Below, in pieces: positions 11,857 to 22,387 of a stretch of 37,879 nt of DNA. Below the pieces are notes generated by a model that worked only from the letters and a program-made list of their open reading frames with translations, was not told the DNA's origin and made no database searches. Source of the stretch: Octopus bimaculoides (Eukaryota); NCBI RefSeq assembly GCF_001194135.2, contig NC_068989.1:83460613-83498491 (forward strand), in the 5' to 3' direction. The position numbers were made by a program, and so were the translations under genes. How positions within the stretch are numbered: the stretch's first letter is position 1; the number at the start of each line of letters is the position of its first letter.

Positions 11857-12926
11857 CATATATATTTTTAAAAGCAACACAAGAAGATTAAAGACTGGCA
11901 AGTATGGGGGTTAGATCGAGGCATTCAAAGAAAGAGAATGTGCCTTAACGTTTCGTACCTTATTCAATAATCAGAAGAAAGAGAAGCATTAAAGGAGTAA
12001 AAAAGAGAAATGTAACAACACGCGAAAGAATAGAAGTTAGATAATACTGTTGTTCTATTGTGATAGAAGGAAGATAAAGCGAGACTTACAATTTTTTACT
12101 ACTTTTGAAATCATGATAATCATAAATATAATGAAACCGGTTGGGAAATTTTAAATACATTTGCTTAAAGTGTATTTTTAATTTCTGTCCGTCATACATA
12201 GATAAATGTATCTCATTCAGACACTGCTTCTGGTTGTTGGGTCCTGGTTCAATATTTCCAGGATTTTGCAGTGTGTTGAACCATCCCTTAACTACTACTC
12301 TTCCCAGGTTTACTCTCACTCGGAGAGTAGTAGCACTTGTCAGAATCACAGCTATTGATTAATTAGCGAGTAACAGAAGAATCTCCAAGCACTTGTGAAT
12401 ACTCTGAAACGAGACTGCGGAGTTAACCTCGGTTGCAGATCATGTAGTTGAGACCCGCAAGCGCGGCTACTACATAGTAGGTGGAGGTCTCGAGACTTGT
12501 AAAGCAATTCACCTTGATGAAGGGCACTCCCATGTAAAACCCTACAGCTAACTGGTCACTGCAGCCGTCTTAGCCTGCTGAACCACTGTGGTGGGGCCTC
12601 GACATCTAAATATTGGATTGTGCGGGCTGACTTTCAATTTGAAAGTACTAAGCAGAGCCAAGAAGTTAACCTTCCAGCGTCATGGATCACTTCACACAGC
12701 CATTTGAAGGCACTTGACTCTTCGTCAAGATCTTCAGACACGAAGAAATACTATTCAAATAGTACTGCGTAATATATTTAAAATATGCTTAACACATTTT
12801 TACAGATAAGCTACATTTCATTAAACACACCTTCATACACAAAGATCCGTAAGTGTGTGCGAGTGTTTGTATGTGTGTATATGCGAGTGGGTGAGTTTGT
12901 ATGCGTGTGAGTGTGTGTATCTTTCA

Positions 12927-12960
<34 letters not shown>

Positions 12961-13252
12961 TTGTAAAAACACGCTTTTGTCAATTTAACCAGCAAGACAA
13001 ACAGTACTCAATACTTGTTCAAGAATATATTAATTCGTATGAAGCTAGTGAGTCACTCAGTCGCAATCCAGTTTTTCTAGCTCGCATGAATAAGACACGG
13101 AGGTAAGAAATAGAGAGTGAGAGGGATGGCCGATATGCAAATAGTAGTGCAGTGTTTGCATTAAAAAAAACTTGAAGCAATGTGTTCAAGGATGTCAGTC
13201 AATTCAGCAATGTGAACTCGCTTCACAGGTTATTTATGAGGTAATATATCAG

Positions 13253-13456
13253 TTTCAAATTTTGGCACAAGGCCAGCAATTTCAGAGCAGAGGGTGAGTC
13301 GATTACTACGACTCAGTGCTCATTTGGGGTCTTATTTTATCGCCCCCGGATGGATGAACAGCAAAGTCGACCCTGGCGGAATTTTAACTCACAACGTAAA
13401 AACTGAAGAAATGCTAAGCATTTTGCCCAGCAGGCAAACGACTCTGTCAGCTTACC
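13253..13456 (-). mobile_element. SINE family A, near full length, diverged
   Basis: TTTGGCACAAGGCCAGCAATTT...AGTCGATTAC...GCAAAGTCGACCCTGGCGGAATTTTAACTC...GCTAAGCATTTTGCCC...GACTCTGTCAGC. Confidence 0.88.
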
Positions 13457-13485
13457 ATTTTCTGGAGGTAGTATGATAATAATGG

Positions 13486-13539
<54 letters not shown>

Positions 13540-13734
13540 GTGTCAATTTACAACAGCTGTTTCTAACGAGTTTTTAATCGATTAATAGAGACATTACATC
13601 ATTAGAAAAAAAAAACATTTTCCTCTGGTGAATATATGAACCACAACATTTCGATGTAAAATTTTTACCACACACGCAAAACCAAACATACATATATATA
13701 TAGCCATACAAAATCCGCGCCTGCTGGTTGGTGC

Positions 13735-14075
13735 AATATGGCTGAATGGTTTAGAAGTTCGTTTCGCAGCCGTGATGTACCATGTTCGATTCCAGTTCTT
13801 GGCAACTTGGACAAATATTTTCTATTGTTTCAGTTCGACTTATACCTTCAGTGATTTTAGGTAAGATGGAAACTGTAGTGAAGGTCATTCGAGAGATTGT
13901 ACTTGTAATTCAATAACTGCTACTTTGTCACACATACAGCGTCACGCTGATTCAACCTGAGATTTATTTTAAGAGTACCGATTACTTAGGAATACTCAGC
14001 GACGATTTAAATGTTAATTCAGCTTAACTAAGTTGATGAAACATCACAATCCTCATCGCCGAACGACGGAGATCC
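13735..14075 (+). mobile_element. Chimeric SINE: family B-like head and core with family C tail (old copy)
   Basis: A box TGGCTGAATGG, B box GTTCGATTCC, then TGGCAACTTGGACAAAT...GGAAACTG (B-like), then TTGTCACAC..GTCACGCTGA...GACGGAG (C tail). Confidence 0.7.
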
Positions 14076-15013
14076 ACTACTACTCTGTATGCCTGTGTAT
14101 ATTGACAAAAGACGTTCGCGCGTCAGATGGAATCCTTTTCAGCAGGCTTTCTGACTTTCTGTACTGAGTTTTCAAATCCTGCCAAGACCAACTTTAGCTT
14201 ATAAAAGGATAAAAGCTCACCCCGGAGTTATAAAATACCAGGTTGGACCTGAAAACGATTGCCCTTTTTTCCTTCTGCGAAAACGGCCATGTTCAGAGCA
14301 GAGGAGGCGCTCCCTTTTCTAGGTTCAAAAATCTACTGAGTACATATAACAGAGATCATATATTCATTAAAATCTGGTATACAACACTGTTGTTATTCAT
14401 TTCTTATGACTTACATACGTTACAATTTATTGCATGTGTACAATTCATTCATTAATAGTAATTTGTTACATGAAAATCGGGTGAATCTCTCTGTTGTACC
14501 AGTATTATATCTTAGAGTTTAATAATTACATATTTGGGTGTCAGCTTTTGGGTATATAATATTTTAAGATTTCTATTTTTGTCGGTGTTTTATGAGTGGA
14601 AATTTGACAAAAATTTTGTTTGAGGTCAATGATTTATTCAGAAGACAATATTAAAATGTTTTACTATGCTTGTAAAAACTAGTTGAGACCACCATATAAT
14701 GGAACTGCTGTGAAACTATAAAACGACATCATAATAGAACTTCACTACCACACCTCAATATTGTGAGAGAAACTTGCTTACAACGCCGCATACGACAGAA
14801 GTATAACTACACTACAATTGCAACAATATTGTTGAAAATAGCTTTTTAAACCACAATTCCGTGCGTCCTTCACCTTTATATACTTTAAACAAAGCAGACC
14901 GTATGAAGTAGACTATTCATGTTAGCAACTTAGCTCGTTTGAAGTAGAGAGTAAACTCAATATTTTACTGGCCTTCACTGTTGATGTCAACTTATTTCAT
15001 ATTGGGCACACAG

Positions 15014-15152
15014 TTTGGCACAAGCCCAGCGATGTCTGGTGTAGGAGTAAGTCGATTGCATTGACCCCAATGCTCAACAGGTACTCCTTTTATCGACCCT
15101 GAAAGGACGAAAAGCAAAGTCGACCTCGGTGGAATTTGAACTCTGAACGTAA
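15014..15152 (-). mobile_element. SINE family A, 5'-truncated
   Basis: TTTGGCACAAG...AGTCGATTGCATTGACCCCA...GCAAAGTCGACCTCGGTGGAATTTGAACTCTGAACGTAA. A short plus-strand family A tail fragment follows at ~15165-15218. Confidence 0.88.
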
Positions 15153-15363
15153 TAATTACCAGCTAAACATGGGGTTAATGTAATCGACTTATTCCTTTCC
15201 CAAAATTGCTGGCATATTAACCCGAAGAGCCCACCGGGTCAGTAACGGTCTGCGAACTTGTAATACTAAAACTGACAATAATTGCCCACTGAACGCGATC
15301 GCTCTGTTAAAAGTATGGGTTGGTTATTAGCAGAAGATATGCAGTGGAAATATTTTGTAATAC

Positions 15364-15542
15364 AGTTCTGTATTTGCGAGATGAGGAATTATGTACACAA
15401 TTTACATTTGACGGATATTTGTTCTCATCTTGTTTGTTGCTAACACAACGTTTCGGTTGATGTACTCTCCAGCCTTCATCAGGAGTCTTGGGGAAATTTC
15501 GAACCTGGGTTCTCATTCCTAATGTATTTTTCGATGTTATTA

Positions 15543-15578
<36 letters not shown>

Positions 15579-15583
15579 TCACT
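15364..15583 (-). mobile_element. SINE family E (hammerhead-bearing), left arm of inverted pair 1
   Basis: Reverse complement of 15604-15785. Near-identical to 29310-29516. Contains an internal (AAT)n. Confidence 0.92.
15442..15487 (-). ncRNA. Minimal type I hammerhead ribozyme motif
   Basis: GACUC-CUGAUGA-A-GGCUG-GAGAGUACAU-CAACC-GAAA-CGUU-GUGUU. The core is intact, with one mismatch each in stems I and II. Confidence 0.72.
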
Positions 15584-15785
15584 TTCCGAGTTCGATTGCA
15601 GGCAGTGAACTGAATAATAATAACAACAACAACAACATAGAAAAATACCTTAGGAATGAGAATCCAGTTCGAAATTTCGCCAAGACACCTGATGAAGACT
15701 GGAGAGTACATCAGCCGAAACGTTGTATTAACAACAAACAAGACGAGGACAAATATCCGTCAAATGTAAATAATGTAAATAATGT
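15584..15785 (+). mobile_element. SINE family E, right arm of inverted pair 1
   Basis: Starts at the B box (TTCCGAGTTCGATTGCAGGCAGTG), then (AAT/AAC)n, GAAAAATACCTTAGGAATGAG, the hammerhead motif, and GAGGACAAATATCCGTCAAATGTAAATAATGT. Confidence 0.92.
15684..15729 (+). ncRNA. Minimal type I hammerhead ribozyme motif
   Basis: GACAC-CUGAUGA-A-GACUG-GAGAGUACAU-CAGCC-GAAA-CGUU-GUAUU. The core is intact. Predicted cleavage is 3' of GUU (15724/15725). Confidence 0.72.
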
Positions 15786-16030
15786 GTAGTTTCTGTGCTA
15801 GTTTATAAATGGCTTACTTTGGGAAACGACAAACTTACATTTTCAACACATAATCAAGAAATCTGAGTCAGAAAATATTTTAAATCTAGGTAATCAGTTA
15901 AGCAACTGTTAATCTGGAAAAAACTTCTCACGCAGCCATTTTAGACAGATAACATCGTTTCACAAACTCACTGCTATACTGTGTGATGTGTCTCCACACT
16001 TAAATGTAACTCTTTCTGCTATATACCCAT

Positions 16031-16200
16031 GGCCTGCCTGAAATTTTGGAGGTAGGGGATAGTTGATTATATTAACCCCAGCATTTAACTGGTATTTAGT
16101 TTATTGAGCCTCAAAGGACGACAAGCAATGTCAGCGTAATTTGAACTCAAAACGTAAACACAGACATAATGCCACTAAGCACACTATTCTCACAGCTCGT
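16031..16200 (-). mobile_element. SINE family A, diverged copy
   Basis: TTGATTATATTAACCCCAGCATTTAACTGGTATTTAGTTTATTGAGCCTCAAAGGACG...AATTTGAACTCAAAACGTAAA. Confidence 0.75.
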
Positions 16201-16221
16201 CACATTCTCTTAAATAAAAAT

Positions 16222-16315
16222 AATTTCAAATTTTGGCACAAGGCCAGCAATTATGGGAAAGGGATAAGTCAATTACATCGACCCGAGTTTCCAACTGGTA
16301 CTTATTTTATCGACC
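16222..16315 (-). mobile_element. SINE family A, 3' fragment
   Basis: TTTTGGCACAAGGCCAGCAATT...AAGTCAATTACATCGACCC...AACTGGTACTTATTTTATCGACC. Confidence 0.88.
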
Positions 16316-16740
16316 AATTATCTCTTGTATAAGTAGTTGTGGTTCAAAAGATTACCGAGTGGTCAGAAACGTTTTAATATCAGATTAAATGTCTTAAAAT
16401 GTCTCAAATTAAACTCCTCTTCTTTTAATTTCTCATTCCAAATCCTGCTCCGAGTTAAACTGACCTTCTAGCTTGTCACCATATTTTATAAAATAAAAAC
16501 CCTTCATAAACTGGAGTCACTTTCAATGGTTATAATTAGAAATCATAAAAGGCATGGTAGTTTAGAGCAGGATTTGAACTCAGAACATAGAGGAAGGTAA
16601 ATGAAATATTGCATGACAGTTCAAGTTACTATTTCGGACTACCGCAGCTTTCATTCTTTCGTACATACATGAATATACACATACATACATGTATACATGC
16701 ATGCATACATACATACATACATACATACACACACGCACGC

Positions 16741-17134
16741 ATAGGCGTGGCTGTGGAGAAAGAAACTTGTTTCCTAGTTACACGGTTCCGGTTTCAGTCC
16801 CACTGCGTGGCACTTTAAACAAATGTCATCTTCTATAGCCTCCGACCGACCGATATGGAAACTGAAAGGAGCCCGGCGTATATGTATATGTGTGCGTGTG
16901 TGTGTGTGTGCGTGTGTGCGTGTGCGTGCGTGTGTGTGCGTGTGGTCCCACAACCGCTTGACAACTGGTATTGACGGTATTTACGTCCCTGTAACTTAGC
17001 AGTTCGGCAAAAGAGACCTATGAAATAAGTACCAGGCTAAAATGTATATAATATGCACTGGTGTTGATTCATTTGACTAAAAAATATTCGAAGCAACGCC
17101 ATTCTATGGCCACAGTCTCATGACGAATAAAGTA
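16741..17134 (+). mobile_element. SINE family B, full length with internal (TG/CG)n
   Basis: tRNA-like head ATAGGCGTGGCTGTGG...GGTTCCGGTTTCAGTCCCACTGCGTGGCAC, CORE-like segment, central microsatellite, then GTTCGGCAAAAGAGACC and a degenerate tail. Confidence 0.88.
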
Positions 17135-17167
17135 ACACCCATATATACACACACACACACATATATA

Positions 17168-17450
17168 TGGAGCCTAGCAGCAGATATAAAAAGGGGAACT
17201 TGACACGACGATCAGTCGGACGCTGACACTCGTTGATGCTGCATCGAAGAGGCCAGGGAATAGAAGAAAGAAGACATGCACCCAACACCAGAGCTGAAGA
17301 CACCTCCGAAAGGAGGGGCCCCGCCACGTCAAAACGGTAGAGGAGTAGGGGCCGAAACCGGACGTGGTTCCTCCTGATGATGTCTTCAGCTAACTGGATC
17401 CTATAAAGGAGCTGTTGTGGTAGCAGACCACGAAACATGGTTGAAATTCC
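17168..17450 (+). mobile_element. Unclassified GC-rich, structured ~280 bp insert between TA/CA microsatellites
   Basis: Sharp composition change bounded by TA/CA repeats on both sides, with several perfect inverted repeats and a TATA+Inr. Single copy in this window, so the family is not assignable. Confidence 0.4.
17185..17217 (+). promoter_or_regulatory. Candidate Pol II core promoter (TATA + initiator)
   Basis: TATAAAAAG at 17185-17193 and TCAGTC at 17212-17217 place the Inr A at 17214, 29 nt downstream of the TATA T, which is the canonical spacing. Confidence 0.45.
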
Positions 17451-18042
17451 TATATATATATATATATATATATATAAGATGATGCAATACATTACACGAC
17501 TATTTGGCATTGATTTCTTTTTAAAGAATTTGTGGTAGAATTGCTTGTTATTTCCAACAGGAGCACATAAATCTCCGCTGTTGGCAAAGAATGGAAGAAC
17601 GTGTAATTACGAGGAAAGGATGGGGAATTGTAAAAGACTTAATCAACCGTAGAAATTTATTTACAGGGAGAAAAGGCTCACTGATATTGCGCAAAGCTAA
17701 GTCAACCTTGATAGAATTTCAATTTAGTACGTAACGTTATATTTCAAGTTTTAACTCCCTTTCGATTTGGTCAAACACTGTTTTAATACAAACATGTGAA
17801 CATTCGATATATCATGAATATCTATTATGATTAAACTGATTGGAACATTATATCTTTTAATACAGTCCAATATATAATTTTCTGTAGAATAATGTAATAA
17901 TATCGTTTATTAAAAAATAACATAACACCATACATATTTTAATATATAACATTATATATTGTATGTGTATATATCATGTTATTACATAATGTATAGACAA
18001 CATGATACATGTTATGATTATAATATGATTATTATTCTAACG

Positions 18043-18211
18043 TTGGTGTGAGGCCAACAATTTTGAGTGGAGACAGCAAGACAATTACATCGATCCCAAC
18101 AGAAGAAATGAAGTTGGCTTGATGGGATTTGAACTCAGAAAATTAAAAACCGCAAATATACCACTGGATATTTTGTCCAACGCGCTAACGACTCCGCCAG
18201 CTTGTTGCCTT
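18043..18211 (-). mobile_element. SINE family A, internally deleted
   Basis: CAATTACATCGATCCCA...GGGATTTGAACTCAGAA...GCGCTAACGACTCCGCCAGCTTGTTGCCTT. Confidence 0.8.
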
Positions 18212-18312
18212 AATAGTATAATTAATATACGATAGTAATAGAACAATGATATATGCGTGTTTCCGATGGCTTCGATGAACAAGTGTCCCAATTCCTCAAT
18301 CAGTTGAGCTAA

Positions 18313-18349
<37 letters not shown>

Positions 18350-19312
18350 NNNNNNNNNNNNNNNNNNNNNNNNNNNNNNNNNNNNNNNNNNNNNNNNNNN
18401 NNNNNNNNNNNNNNNNNNNNNNNNNNNNNNNNNNNNNNNNNNNNNNNNNNNNNNNNNNNNNNNNNNNNNNNNNNNNNNNNNNNNNNNNNNNNNNNNNNNN
18501 NNNNNNNNNNNNNNNNNNNNNNNNNNNNNNNNNNNNNNNNNNNNNNNNNNNNNNNNNNNNNNNNNNNNNNNNNNNNNNNNNNNNNNNNNNNNNNNNNNNN
18601 NNNNNNNNNNNNNNNNNNNNNNNNNNNNNNNNNNNNNNNNNNNNNNNNNNNNNNNNNNNNNNNNNNNNNNNNNNNNNNNNNNNNNNNNNNNNNNNNNNNN
18701 NNNNNNNNNNNNNNNNNNNNNNNNNNNNNNNNNNNNNNNNNNNNNNNNNNNNNNNNNNNNNNNNNNNTTTTGGGATAGTAATGTGGAAAACAATCTTGAA
18801 AGACATTTAAAGTCTTTGTTGGTTTCAGAATGGATTTTAGTGTAGCATGTTTACTTGTAATACTCTTCATCAGAAAAACAAATGCTACCGATTCTACCAG
18901 CTCGCCACCTTAACGATTACAACAGAAGTGCATTTGCAAGGACACAATATTAAAAATAAAAGCGAAAACAGAAACGGTTTATTTATAGGACACTTCCGTT
19001 CTTGAAATTATCTTCTCTTAATAAAAAATAGAAATCAAGCGATTGAAATGTCGAACGTTATATGTCATTAAAATGAAAAGAAAGAATGGAGGCAAAGGGA
19101 GATAAGTGCAGGAGTTAATCGAAATTTTTCATAATTGTTTGAAATGTTTGTTTTGTATTGTAAAAAAAAAAGAAAATGTTCAATAATTAGAGAATAAAGT
19201 ATTCGCTTATATCTTCGATAGCGCATCTCTCACGAGTCGATCTAAATGATTAGTCACCTCCCCCATACAGTTTCAAGCCTTGCAATTATTATTATTATTA
19301 TTATTATTATTA

Positions 19313-19441
19313 TGAGTTCAAACTACGCCGAGGTTGACTTTGCCTTTCATCCTTTTGGAGTCGATAAATTAAGTACTAGCTGAACATTGGGGTCGATGTA
19401 ATCGACTCATCCCAAGCTTCCCTTGTGGCAAAAATTTGAAA
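19313..19441 (+). mobile_element. SINE family A, 5'-truncated
   Basis: TGAGTTCAAACTACGCCGAGGTTGACTTTGCCTTTCATCC...GGGGTCGATGTAATCGACT. Confidence 0.9.
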
Positions 19442-19470
19442 TGATAATAATAATTATTATTATTATTAAG

Positions 19471-19580
19471 TCAGCGAGCTGGCAGAGTAGTTAGCACGTC
19501 AGACAAAATGCTTAGCGACCTTTCGTCTGTCTTTACGTACTGAGATCAAATTCCGCCGAGGCCGACTTTGCCTTTCATCC
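19471..19580 (+). mobile_element. SINE family A, 5' half
   Basis: CAGCGAGCTGGCAGAGTAGTTAGCACG...ATGCTTAGCG...AAATTCCGCCGAGGCCGACTTTGCCTTTCATCC. A degenerate minus-strand family A piece follows at ~19600-19680. Confidence 0.9.
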
Positions 19581-20017
19581 GTCTTTGCGTTTCAGGAAGA
19601 ATTTGAACTTAAGTCCTAAAGTGCTGTAACTAGATACTGTAATACATTTTGTCCAGTTATTTAACTGTTCCGCCTGCAAGCCTGGCACCAGCGCTGGTTG
19701 TTCTAACGAAGGATAATCTTCAAATGAAACATAATATGGAAAAGCCTGCCGAGAATGAGATAAGATTTTTAACACGGCTGAATATGTGCAGAAGAAAGAT
19801 ACGAGAGACAAAAGAAGTCTTCTAGATTATGGCTGTTGTTGTTGTTGTTGTTGAAGACCTCTTTGACCAATCGATTGCGATGCTGATGTAGATATGCATA
19901 TGATGTGCGGGTGTATGTGTATATATACACCCTGCTATCTTCACATCACTGTCTTCAGATTACTATGTATGAGTCTCTATGTCTGCATATGTATATACAT
20001 ATTAAACTTACACACAC

Positions 20018-20060
<43 letters not shown>

Positions 20061-20309
20061 NNNNNNNNNNNNNNNNNNNNNNNNNNNNNNNNNNNNNNNN
20101 NNNNNNNNNNNNNNNNNNNNNNNNNNNNNNNNNNNNNNNNNNNNNNNNNNNNNNNNNNNNNNNNNNNNNNNNNNNNNNNNNNNNNNNNNNNNNNNNNNNN
20201 NNNNNNNNNNNNNNNNNNNNNNNNNNNNNNNNNNNNNNNNNNNNNNNNNNNNNNNNNNNNNNNNNNNTCTATGTCTGCATATGTATATACATATTAAACT
20301 TACACACAC

Positions 20310-20355
<46 letters not shown>

Positions 20356-20795
20356 CAATTTCTGTTCTTATTTTCTTCTACTACCTTCCGCCATTTTCCT
20401 TCTCTATTTTCTACTATATATTTATATATATATATTTCGTATGTTTATATTATCTATTGTTATTGTGAATATTGTAGTTGATACTTGTTGCTTATGTTGC
20501 AACTGTTGTTGTTGCAGTTTGTTTTTTAATCTTTTTTGTCTATTTTTTTTTATTGTTACTGAGAGTTACTTCTGCTGTTGTTGTTATTGTTGTTCTTGCT
20601 GCTACTGTTATCGTTGATGGCTTTGTTTTTATTGATATTGCAAATGCTCTTCTTGTTGCCATTGTTGCGTTTATTGTTGTACTTGCTGCTGCTGCTGCTA
20701 CTGTTGCTGTTGTTGCAATGTCTTGTTCTGTGTTGTTATTTAGTTTAAGCTTTAACGAAACAATACCCCAAGCTACTCACTTCAACACTCAGCCA

Positions 20796-20854
<59 letters not shown>

Positions 20855-21073
20855 GGTATGTACAATTAGAGTGTGTACGCATGTATGTGTAGATGAATGC
20901 AGCTATGTATGTATATGTGTACGAGTAAGTGCACGCTGATGTATACGAATGTATGCATATACATATGTATGAATCTATGTAAGCACATATTGTTAATAGG
21001 TGAACGTTTCCCTGCAAGCTTCAATGCGTGCATATATATAAAATGTGTATATATATATATATACATACACACA

Positions 21074-21209
21074 CAGGGTGTTCAAAATGTCTCTCCGCAG
21101 TAAGTATTTTACTGCAAATAAATATTTATAAGATGGCATAAGACTGCAAAAGAATATATTAGACTATATATTAGTGAAAAAAATTCACTGCGGAGAGACT
21201 TCCTGAACA

Positions 21210-21214
<5 letters not shown>
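21074..21214. mobile_element. Tc1/mariner-type MITE (~141 bp)
   Basis: Left end CAGGGTGTTCAAAATGTCTCTCCGCAGT, right end ACTGCGGAGAGACTTCCTGAACACTATG. About 25/30 inverted match including a perfect 13 bp. CAGGGTG starts are typical of Tc1-like TIRs. Confidence 0.75.

Positions 21215-21302
<88 letters not shown>
21212..21302. repeat. (GT)n microsatellite, ~45 units
   Basis: Uninterrupted TG run. Confidence 0.98.
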
Positions 21303-21303
<1 letters not shown>

Positions 21304-22019
21304 ATACATACATATATATAAATTGTATGTGTATATACGCGCATATACATACATATTTGAATGCATATAAATACTCACATGCATGCATGCACGACAAAAC
21401 AACTTGACTACTTCTATATTATGCTCTTTAAAAGATATTATCATATATGACAATTGAATAGAATGACCGTGTAATGGTACAATCAACAATAATCATGTGA
21501 CTGGTTGGATACAACATGTGACTGCAACACGTGAGCGTAATGTGGGTTGTTAGAGGCACTCAGTGCACAGCGCTTTCAGATAGAAAAATTCGGATTTTTA
21601 ACAGATTTCATTCATGTTGTTATTTCTTGATCAAAACTAATTTTGTCTTGCCTCCAGCACGACTGATTGAGCTGAACACAACTGTGGTAGAACATTATTT
21701 TAGCTTCCGCTTTCTGTGAGTTTTTATGCTGCCCAGAATGTGTGAGAGATGCTAGTACAATTTCCTTCAACTTCCTCTTTTCATTACCGCCATCTTTCTT
21801 CCAACCCACAATACGCTACCGCTACTACTACTACTACTACTACAAGCACAATCAGGTCAACAAGAACAACAGTGATGACAATAACAACACCAATGACATT
21901 TCCATTTAAAAGCTGGAGTTCTATACACAGCAACATCACCATCATCATCACCAACAACATTAATAATGTTAGCAACAGCAGCGGCAACAACAAGAACTAC
22001 AACCATTTCTTACATAAAC

Positions 22020-22155
22020 ACAAAAGCCAGAAATTTGGGGGAATTGTTCGTCGGTTACATTGACCCCAATATTTGACTCGTATTTCATTATATTGATACC
22101 AGAATACTGAAAGGCAAAGTTCGTCTCAGCAAAATTTGGAAGCAGAACGTAGAGT
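22020..22155 (-). mobile_element. SINE family A, diverged
   Basis: GCCAGAAATTTGGGGG...GGTTACATTGACCCCA...TGAAAGGCAAAGTT...AATTTGGAAGCAGAACGTAGA. Confidence 0.7.
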
Positions 22156-22175
22156 GTCAGACTTAAGAACGCAGA

Positions 22176-22344
22176 TTTCAGTCATTGGACTGCGGTCATG
22201 CTGGTACACCGCCCTTAGTCGAACAAATCGACCCCCAGGACTTATTCTATCGGCCTCTTTTTGCCGACCCGTTAAGTTTCGGGGATGCAAACACACCAGC
22301 ATCGGTTGTCAAGCGATGGTGTGGGACACAGACGCACAAGCACG

Positions 22345-22381
<37 letters not shown>

Positions 22382-22387
22382 GACAGG
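22176..22387 (-). mobile_element. SINE family B, 3' half running into the gap
   Basis: TTTCAGTCATTGGACTGCGGTCATGCTGGTACACCGCC...AAACACACCAGCATCGGTTGTCAAGCGATG...(AT)n...ACGACAGG, then Ns. Confidence 0.92.

Noticed and set aside
13850-13868. TTTTAG|GTAAGA, a second AG|GT juxtaposition
   Set aside because: Lies inside a decayed SINE, with a short pyrimidine tract and a weaker donor.
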